From Candidatus Iainarchaeum sp. (GTDB taxonomy: Archaea > Iainarchaeota > Iainarchaeia > Iainarchaeales > CSSED10-239), in assembly GCA_028700115.1 (NCBI GenBank), contig JAQVTI010000025.1, positions 1 to 6,418 of the forward strand: a stretch of 6,418 bases of DNA, read 5' to 3'. The notes beneath the pieces were generated by a model. It was not told the origin of the DNA. It was given only the letters and a program-made list of their open reading frames with translations, and ran no database searches. Positions within the stretch are counted from its first letter, which is position 1. The number at the start of each line of letters is the position of its first letter. Shown here in pieces: positions 1 through 5,659 of this stretch. The translations under genes and the position numbers were made by a program.

Positions 1-261
1 TATAAGATAGTATTTTTCAGTAAAAACAACAGTGAGAAAATAAAAGCCATAAGAGAATTAAGAGAAAACAAAAAATTTGTTTTAGAAACTGTATTTGCAT
101 CTGATGATTTAAGACAAAGATTTAAAACAGAAGTTGCTAATAATGTATTGGCAGTAAAAGATAGGTTACAAGCAATGGCAGATTATCTTAAAGAGTTAGA
201 AAAAAGAAAGCAAGAAGACAAACAAAATTTAGAACAAAATAACACAGATAATTTTAATTAA
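1..261 (+). CDS. 3' end of an ORF entering from the left edge (86 codons visible). Hypothetical protein with a K/E/Q-rich C-terminal tail.
   Basis: Frame 1 is open from nt 1 to TAA at 259-261. Translation: YKIVFFSKNNSEKIKAIRELRENKKFVLETVFASDDLRQRFKTEVANNVLAVKDRLQAMADYLKELEKRKQEDKQNLEQNNTDNFN*. It is missing from the supplied track because it has no start codon in the window. I recognised no catalytic or family motif. Confidence 0.5.
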   Translation, partial: YKIVFFSKNNSEKIKAIRELRENKKFVLETVFASDDLRQRFKTEVANNVLAVKDRLQAMADYLKELEKRKQEDKQNLEQNNTDNFN

Positions 262-290
262 TATACAAGTATAAGATACATTTTTATAAT
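262..290 (+). promoter_or_regulatory. Candidate promoter for the small ORF and the mod-res operon. It is either a bacterial -35/-10 pair or an archaeal-type TATA box.
   Basis: TATACA (262-267, 4/6 match to TTGACA), a 17-nt spacer, then a perfect TATAAT (285-290). The same T-rich TTTTTATAAT (281-290) could instead act as a TATA box about 40 nt upstream of ATG 328. This is a sequence pattern only, in DNA where such hexamers are common. Confidence 0.3.
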
Positions 291-318
291 CTTTTGACCA
301 TATAGAAATACTATATAA

Positions 319-543
319 GTGATTTTTATGCAAGAAAAAGAAATTTCTAAATTATTAGAAGAAATTAAGAAACTTAAAGAAGAAAACAAGAAATTAAAAT
401 CACGAAAAAAATACGGTCTTGTTTGGGAAGAAGAAAAAGAACCAGAGCAAGTTGTTTTAGATTGTCAAAAAAAGTTGCCAATTTTAAAAGAAGTAAAATC
501 TAAAGAAATACTTACAGACAAGAACAAGCCAATGAATATTTAA
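319..543 (+). CDS. Short ORF encoding the N-terminal leader (coiled coil plus YGLVWE segment) of a Mod-like adenine methyltransferase. It is probably a gene remnant rather than an independent gene.
   Basis: The track ORF starts at GTG 319. ATG 328 (MQEKEISKLLEE...) is the more likely start, with GTGA (319-322) 5 nt upstream. The peptide is ...KKLKSRKKYGLVWEEEKEPEQVVLDCQKKLPILKEVKSKEILTDKNKPMNI*. It ends at TAA 541-543, and the same frame continues I-E-G-E-L-L-K to TGA 565-567. By recollection this layout matches the N-termini of COG2189 methyltransferases up to their LIEGDN box. Confidence 0.55.
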   Translation: MIFMQEKEISKLLEEIKKLKEENKKLKSRKKYGLVWEEEKEPEQVVLDCQKKLPILKEVKSKEILTDKNKPMNI

Positions 544-546
544 ATA

Positions 547-554
547 GAAGGTGA
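547..554 (+). promoter_or_regulatory. Shine-Dalgarno site for mod
   Basis: GAAGGTGA lies 9 nt upstream of ATG 564. It is the strongest anti-SD complement in the window. Confidence 0.6.
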
Positions 555-563
555 ATTATTAAA

Positions 564-2486
564 ATGACAAATATAAATCAATTAACAACTAATAATATCA
601 AAATTCCAAGTAAAGATTTGGAAATATTGAAAACGAATTTTTCACATTGTTTTAACAAGAAAGGCAATTTTGATTTTGAAAAGTTTAAGAAAGAACTTTC
701 AAAAAATGAAGACATTGATTTTTCAAATGAAAGCTATGGAATGGATTGGCTTGGAAAGAGTTATGCTCGTTTATTAGCAAATGATGAAGCAACAACACTT
801 CTTAAAGAAAATAAAGAGTGGAATAAAAAACCAGAAAATAAGAATTCTGATAATTTACTTATTAAAGGAGATAATTTAGAAGTTTTAAAACACCTTTCTA
901 ATGCCTATAATGAAAAAATAAAGATGATTTATATTGATCCTCCTTATAATACTGGAGGAGATGGTTTTGTTTATCAAGATGACAGGAAATTTAGTGTAGA
1001 AGAACTTTCAAAATTAGCAGGCATTGATAATGAGAAAGCTAAAAGAATCTTAGATTTTACTCAAAGCAAAAGCAATTCTCATTCAGCATGGCTTACTTTT
1101 ATGTATCCTCGTTTGTATATAGCAAAACAATTATTAAAAGATGATGGCGTGATTTTTGTTTCAATTGATGATAACGAAGTTGCACAATTAAGAATTTTGA
1201 TGGATGAGATATTTGGGGAGGAAAATTTTGTGGAGATTTTTATTTGGGATAAAAAAAATTCCGCAAAAGGAGTTCCTACAAAAAATATGGTTGTAAATAT
1301 CCATGAATATATTTTGTGTTACTCAAAAAGTACAAATTCTAAACTATTTGGTGAAGAAAGAACAAAAGATACATTTTCAAATCCTGATAATGATGAAAGA
1401 GGCATTTGGAGACTTTCTAATATTAAAAGCACATTAGAAAATAGCGAAAAATTTTCAATTATTGACCCTAAAACAGGAAATAAATTTACAAATTACTGGG
1501 CATTTTCAAAAGAATCTTTAAAAAAAATGATTGAAGAGAATCGTATTGTTTTTCCGAAAGAGCTTGGTGGACTTCCAAAACAAAAAGAGTTTTTCAATGA
1601 GTTTAAAAATGCAAATATGCCCATTAAGTCTAATTTAGGACTATTTCATGCACAAGATACTTACGAAGAAGCTGTAGATGAAATGTTAGGACCCAAAGTA
1701 TTTCCATACAGAAAGCCAACTAATCTTATAAAAAAAATAGTTAGCCAAGCAGGTGAAGACTCTGAAGTTATAATCCTTGATTTCTTTGCGGGGTCAGGTA
1801 CAACTGGAGATGCAGTTATGCAACTTAATGTAGAAGATGATGGAAACAGGAAATATATTTTAGTACAACTTCCTGAAGTTATAGATTCCCAGAAAAATAA
1901 AACGGCTTATGATTTTGTAAAAAACGAATTAAAAATAGAAAACCCTACAATTTTTGATATTACAAAAGAAAGACTTGTAAGAGCAGGAAACAAAATTAAA
2001 GAAGATAATAACAAATTAAAAGAACCTAAAGATTTATCAAGTATAGATTTTGGTTTTAAAATTTTTGAGACCATTTCAAATAATAAAGGTAATTGGGGGG
2101 ATTATATTTTAGAAGCAGAAAATTTTAATTCGCAAACAAAACTTTTTGACGAAAAAAAATTAAGTAAAGAAGACCTAGAAATACTTCTTATAACTTGGAA
2201 AACTTATGATGGCTTTTCTCTTACAAAAAATCTCAAAGAAATAGATTTAGATGGATACAAAGGCTGTTATTTAGATAATAAACTCTATTTAATTGATAAA
2301 GGATTTGAAACAAAAAATCTCAAAAAACTTCTTGAAGAAATTGATATAAACAAGGAGTTTAATCCAGCTATAATTATTGTTTTTGGTTATAACTTCCAAA
2401 GTAAAATATTAAGAGAAATTGCAGATAATGTTAAAAATTATGCAAATAAAAAGCACATTGATATTGACTTTATAATTAGGTATTAA
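564..2486 (+). CDS. mod: Type III restriction-modification system, Mod subunit (beta-class N6-adenine DNA methyltransferase)
   Basis: A 640-codon ORF with a strong SD. Catalytic motif IV DPPYNT is at nt 936-953 (aa 125-130), in the context NLLIKGDNLEVLKHL...IKMIYIDPPYNTGGDGFVYQDD. AdoMet motif I DFFAGSGTT is at nt 1779-1805 (aa 406-414). The order IV, then a variable target-recognition region (about aa 190-400), then I is the beta permutation typical of EcoP15I/EcoP1I-like Mod (COG2189). The overall length and the ~200-aa C-terminal extension also fit. The stop lies 2 nt before the res ATG. Confidence 0.93.
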   Translation: MTNINQLTTNNIKIPSKDLEILKTNFSHCFNKKGNFDFEKFKKELSKNEDIDFSNESYGMDWLGKSYARLLANDEATTLLKENKEWNKKPENKNSDNLLIKGDNLEVLKHLSNAYNEKIKMIYIDPPYNTGGDGFVYQDDRKFSVEELSKLAGIDNEKAKRILDFTQSKSNSHSAWLTFMYPRLYIAKQLLKDDGVIFVSIDDNEVAQLRILMDEIFGEENFVEIFIWDKKNSAKGVPTKNMVVNIHEYILCYSKSTNSKLFGEERTKDTFSNPDNDERGIWRLSNIKSTLENSEKFSIIDPKTGNKFTNYWAFSKESLKKMIEENRIVFPKELGGLPKQKEFFNEFKNANMPIKSNLGLFHAQDTYEEAVDEMLGPKVFPYRKPTNLIKKIVSQAGEDSEVIILDFFAGSGTTGDAVMQLNVEDDGNRKYILVQLPEVIDSQKNKTAYDFVKNELKIENPTIFDITKERLVRAGNKIKEDNNKLKEPKDLSSIDFGFKIFETISNNKGNWGDYILEAENFNSQTKLFDEKKLSKEDLEILLITWKTYDGFSLTKNLKEIDLDGYKGCYLDNKLYLIDKGFETKNLKKLLEEIDINKEFNPAIIIVFGYNFQSKILREIADNVKNYANKKHIDIDFIIRY

Positions 2487-2488
2487 CT

Positions 2489-5347
2489 ATGACTGGATTT
2501 AATTTTGAAAAAAACTTAGAACATCAAGAACAAGCAGTTAAATCAACTGTTGGTGTTTTTGAAGGTTTAGAAATTGTAAGATCAGAAGGCATTCAAAAAG
2601 AGTGTATAAATCCATTTTTTGATAAAAATATCGGTTTTAAATATGTGCAGAATATTGGAAATATACAAGAGCAAAATAGTATTGAAAGAAATATAAACGG
2701 TAAAAGCAACATAATTGATGTTATGATGGAGACAGGAACAGGAAAAACCTATACTTATACTAAAACTATATTTGAATTAAATAAACTTTATGGAATATTT
2801 AAATTTGTTATAGTAGTACCGACTTTACCTATTAAAGCTGGAACAATAGATTTTCTGAAATCCGATAGTGCAAGAGAACATTTTAAAGAGCAATATGATA
2901 AAACAATTAAGCTTCATATTGTAGAAAGTAAAAATGGAAGTAAAAATAAAAAATCTTATATGCCTCCGTCAGTAAATAGTTTTGTAAATAGTGGGAATTT
3001 TGAAAAAAATAAAATTCAGGTTTTGATAATTAATGCAGGAATGGTAAATTCGAAAACAATGCAGGAGAAATTTGATAAAACGTTATTAGATAATCACACA
3101 GTTCCTTTTGAGGCAATTTCTGCAACTAATCCCTTTATGATAATTGATGAACCTCATAAATTTGATAAAGATAACAAGACTTGGGAAAATCTCCAAAAAA
3201 TTAACCCACAATTCATCATAAGGTATGGTGCAACTTTTAAAGAAAACGAAAATTTGATTTATAATTTAACTGCAGTTGATTCTTTTAATAGAAATCTTGT
3301 AAAAGGAGTTACGGCACATATTACCGAATTTGAAGATGGAAAAAACGCAATAGTTAAATTTACAAATTCAGATGGAAAAGAGGCAAATTTTCATTTATTA
3401 GAAAATAACAATACTAAAACATTTAAAATTTCTAAAAGTGAAAGTTTAGAAAAAGTTCATTCAGCAATGAAAGATTTGTTTGTCGAAAATCTAAATAAAA
3501 CGACGGTAGTCTTATCGAATGGATTAGAATTAAAGAAAGGAGATAAATTTAATCCCTATTCTTATGCTGAAACTTTACAAGAGACGATGATCCAGAAAGC
3601 CGTAAAACATCATTTTGAGCAAGAAAAAAAATATTTAACTAGGGGTGTAAAAATAAAACCACTTACCTTGTTTTTTATTGATAACATTGAAGAATATCGG
3701 AATCAAAATGGATATATCAAAACAACAGTTGAAAAGTATATATTATTAGAAGTTAAGCAATTATTAAAAACCGAAAAAGACGGATTTTATAAGAATTATT
3801 TAGAAAAAACTTTAGAAGATATTTCTAAAACCCATGGGGGTTATTTCGCAGTAGATAAAAAAGAAACTGATGAAGTAATTGAAAAAGAAGTAAATGAAAT
3901 TTTACACGATAAACAAGCAATATTAAGCTTAGAAAATCCAAGAAGATTTATTTTTTCTAAATGGACTTTAAGAGAAGGATGGGATAATCCTAATATTTTT
4001 CAAATTTGTAAATTAAGAAGTAGTGGTTCAGAAACTTCAAAACTTCAAGAAGTAGGAAGAGGACTTCGCTTACCTGTTAATGAATATGGAAATCGTGTAA
4101 AAGATGAGCAATTTTATCTTAATTATTTTGTAGACTTTACCGAAAATGATTTTGTGGAAAAATTAAGAGATGAAATTAATGAAAAATCAGGAGCTATTTC
4201 AAGAGAAGATATTCCTCAAAAGCTTACAGATAATATAATTAAACAAATAATTGAAAAATATAACTTAAAAGAAGATGAATTATTAGAAAAATTAGATCAC
4301 GAAGGAGTTATTAAAAGAAATAATGATTTTAAGGAAAAAGGATTTGAGTACATAAAAATAAATTATCCCCTTATTTTTGAAGGTGTTGATTCTAATAAAA
4401 TCAGAACAGCAAAAACTCAAAATAAAAAAATAAAAGTAAGAGTTGAAAAATATAATGAGCTTAAAGAATTGTGGGAAAAACTTAATGAAAAAGTCATTTT
4501 AGAATATAAAATTGAAAATGAAACTAAATTTGAAGAACTTTTTATACATTTTCTAAAAAATACAGATTTTGTAGTTGAAGGAACAAAAGAAAAAATAGTG
4601 CAAGTTAATTTTGAAAATAATCGTGCAGTTTTAAGAGAAGAAACTGCAATTTATGGAAATGAAATAATTCCAATTGCTACAATGAAATATAAAAGTTTTT
4701 TAAAAGAATTATCTTCGACTTTAAAAATTAACTTAAAAACAATACATAAGTGTTTTATAGAAGCTGAAATAGATATAAATAAATATCTTAATCAAACAAC
4801 ACTAAGAATTTTCAAACAAAAATTTGATAATTATTTGATGTATAATGCATTAAATAAATTTAGTATTGAATATCAAAAAGTAAAAAGTGTGGTTCATCCA
4901 ACAAAAATAACTGATATAAATGGAAAAATAAAAGAAGATATTGATGCATCTGATATAGGTGTTTTTTATTCTGATGAAAAAGTTGCTGACAATTATTTAT
5001 TTAATGAGTTATTTTATGATAGTGAGCTTGAAAAAGAGAATATTAAGACAAAGATAAGTGAAGTAATTGTTTTTACAAAAATACCCAAAAACTCCATAAA
5101 AATACCCGTTGCCGGTGGTAAAAGTTATTCTCCAGATTTTGCATATGTGATGAAATTTAAAGATGGAAATAAAAAATTGTATTTTATTGTAGAAACTAAA
5201 AATACTGATGAAGAAAGTTTGAGAAATGAGGAAACCCAGAAAATTAAACACGCAGAGAAATTCTTTGGAGATAATATTGAAATTAAATTTTTAACACAAT
5301 TTAATAAAAGCAAAATAGTTAATTTAATTCAAGAAGTATATGATTAA
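2489..5347 (+). CDS. res: Type III restriction-modification system, Res subunit (SF2 ATPase/translocase plus PD-(D/E)xK endonuclease)
   Basis: A 952-codon ORF. Helicase motif I ETGTGKT is at nt 2729-2749 (aa 81-87). Motif II DEPH is at nt 3146-3157 (aa 220-223), the DEPH variant known from EcoP1I/EcoP15I Res. Motif III is YGATF (aa 246-250), motif V is LREGWDNPN (aa 494-502), and motif VI QEVGRGLRL is at nt 4046-4072 (aa 520-528). The C-terminal nuclease signature is SPD883 (nt 5132-5137) ... IVE902-T-K904 (nt 5192-5200). A weak SD (AGGT, 2478-2481) and the 2-nt gap from mod suggest translational coupling. Confidence 0.93.
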   Translation: MTGFNFEKNLEHQEQAVKSTVGVFEGLEIVRSEGIQKECINPFFDKNIGFKYVQNIGNIQEQNSIERNINGKSNIIDVMMETGTGKTYTYTKTIFELNKLYGIFKFVIVVPTLPIKAGTIDFLKSDSAREHFKEQYDKTIKLHIVESKNGSKNKKSYMPPSVNSFVNSGNFEKNKIQVLIINAGMVNSKTMQEKFDKTLLDNHTVPFEAISATNPFMIIDEPHKFDKDNKTWENLQKINPQFIIRYGATFKENENLIYNLTAVDSFNRNLVKGVTAHITEFEDGKNAIVKFTNSDGKEANFHLLENNNTKTFKISKSESLEKVHSAMKDLFVENLNKTTVVLSNGLELKKGDKFNPYSYAETLQETMIQKAVKHHFEQEKKYLTRGVKIKPLTLFFIDNIEEYRNQNGYIKTTVEKYILLEVKQLLKTEKDGFYKNYLEKTLEDISKTHGGYFAVDKKETDEVIEKEVNEILHDKQAILSLENPRRFIFSKWTLREGWDNPNIFQICKLRSSGSETSKLQEVGRGLRLPVNEYGNRVKDEQFYLNYFVDFTENDFVEKLRDEINEKSGAISREDIPQKLTDNIIKQIIEKYNLKEDELLEKLDHEGVIKRNNDFKEKGFEYIKINYPLIFEGVDSNKIRTAKTQNKKIKVRVEKYNELKELWEKLNEKVILEYKIENETKFEELFIHFLKNTDFVVEGTKEKIVQVNFENNRAVLREETAIYGNEIIPIATMKYKSFLKELSSTLKINLKTIHKCFIEAEIDINKYLNQTTLRIFKQKFDNYLMYNALNKFSIEYQKVKSVVHPTKITDINGKIKEDIDASDIGVFYSDEKVADNYLFNELFYDSELEKENIKTKISEVIVFTKIPKNSIKIPVAGGKSYSPDFAYVMKFKDGNKKLYFIVETKNTDEESLRNEETQKIKHAEKFFGDNIEIKFLTQFNKSKIVNLIQEVYD

Positions 5348-5362
5348 ACTTAAATAATAAAC

Positions 5363-5405
5363 TATAGAATATAGGGTTAGATAATTATAATTTTTTAATT
5401 CTATA
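5363..5405. repeat. Inverted repeat TATAGAAT-N27-ATTCTATA in the spacer after res
   Basis: 5363-5370 (TATAGAAT) is the exact reverse complement of 5398-5405 (ATTCTATA). The 27-nt interval contains the palindrome ATAATTAT and a T6 run (5391-5396). The stem is nearly all A/T, so this is not a convincing intrinsic terminator. Its function is unknown. Confidence 0.5.
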
Positions 5406-5455
5406 ATTAATTAAAAAACAAAACTTTAAATTAACTTTATTTCTTTAAATATATT

Positions 5456-5596
5456 ATGAAGTGTTCAAAGTGTTCAAAGAAAGCAGAGTATTATATTACA
5501 GAGAAAGAAAAGAAGATTTATCTTTGTAAAGAACACGCAAGAGAGAAGTTAATTAAGGAAGGATATGATTATATACCTAAAATTAATGTTCAGTAA
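5456..5596 (+). CDS. Small (46 aa) putative zinc-ribbon protein, CxxC-x17-CxxH
   Basis: Hand translation from ATG 5456 to TAA 5594-5596 gives MKCSKCSKKAEYYITEKEKKIYLCKEHAREKLIKEGYDYIPKINVQ*. Potential metal ligands are C3, C6, C24 and H27. It is too short for the supplied track. No SD is visible upstream, which lowers confidence. It lies 41 nt upstream of the next gene on the same strand. Confidence 0.45.
   Translation: MKCSKCSKKAEYYITEKEKKIYLCKEHAREKLIKEGYDYIPKINVQ
5459..5479 (+). repeat. In-frame tandem 9-bp repeat (AAGTGTTCA x2.3) encoding K-C-S-K-C-S-K
   Basis: AAGTGTTCA at 5459-5467 is repeated exactly at 5468-5476 and followed by AAG. This read directly from the sequence. Confidence 0.8.
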
Positions 5597-5617
5597 ACAA
5601 GTTTTATAAATATTATC

Positions 5618-5659
5618 TTCTATAAAATAAGATACTTATGACTGATGAAAATTATAGAA
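5618..5659. repeat. Inverted repeat TTCTATA-N28-TATAGAA spanning the start codon of the HTH-peptidase gene
   Basis: 5618-5624 (TTCTATA) is the reverse complement of 5653-5659 (TATAGAA). ATG 5638 lies in the 28-nt interval. This is the same heptamer as the repeat at 5363-5405. Confidence 0.45.

Noticed and set aside
271-279. The 9-mer ATAAGATAC is shared between the region upstream of the R-M operon (271-279) and the region just before ATG 5638 (5627-5635). A similar TATAAGATA occurs at 1-9. I considered these as possible cassette-flanking direct repeats.
   Set aside because: My rough estimate is a several-percent chance of occurrence in DNA of this composition. The copies sit at non-equivalent positions relative to genes and do not extend. 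This is insufficient to call target-site duplications.
319-327. GTG 319 as the start of the short upstream ORF, as implied by the track
   Set aside because: ATG 328 is 3 codons downstream, and the GTGA at 319-322 is better read as a partial SD 5 nt before it. I kept the track coordinates in the feature but consider 328 the more likely start.
541-567. Stop-codon read-through, recoding or an alternative genetic code that would join the short ORF to mod as one protein
   Set aside because: Two stops (TAA 541-543 and TGA 565-567) lie in the remnant frame, and mod is in a different frame (ATG 564). The long ORFs use TGG for Trp and contain no in-frame TGA, so nothing indicates code 4. A degraded remnant is the simpler explanation.
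1251-1258. A8 homopolymer inside mod as a possible phase-variation slippage tract. Similar tracts occur at 1520-1527, 1730-1737 and 2152-2159, and at 3624-3631 in res.
   Set aside because: A7-A8 and T8 runs also occur throughout the other genes (for example 5900-5907, 5952-5959 and 6232-6239). They simply encode Lys-Lys/Asn in this AT-rich, lysine-rich coding style. There is no enrichment in mod and no long or multi-unit repeat of the type known from phase-variable mod genes.
2095-2100. G6 run in mod (AAT TGG GGG GAT) as a phase-variation tract
   Set aside because: It is too short compared with functional poly-G switches. It is explained by the Trp-Gly codons.
4100-5100. Long motif-free K/E/N-rich stretch of Res between helicase motif VI and the nuclease, considered as a possible novel inserted domain
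   Set aside because: Type III Res proteins of this length normally have a long helical linker region between the ATPase and the C-terminal endonuclease. The spacing of D883/E902/K904 is close to what I recall for EcoP15I Res, so nothing indicates an insertion.
5009-5313. Two overlapping minus-strand ORFs (5009-5251 with 80 aa, and 5125-5313 with 62 aa) from the track
   Set aside because: Both lie entirely antisense to the motif-bearing nuclease domain of res. Their translations are F/I/L/K-rich low-complexity strings, which is typical of the reverse complement of K/E/N-rich AT-rich coding sequence. There are no start signals.
5348-5455. Rho-independent terminator after res
   Set aside because: There is no GC-containing stem followed by a U-tract. 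The only hairpin (5363-5405) has an 8-bp, almost pure A/T stem with a 27-nt loop, and the T6 run lies inside the loop. An oligo-T termination signal (5391-5396) is possible but cannot be supported from sequence alone.
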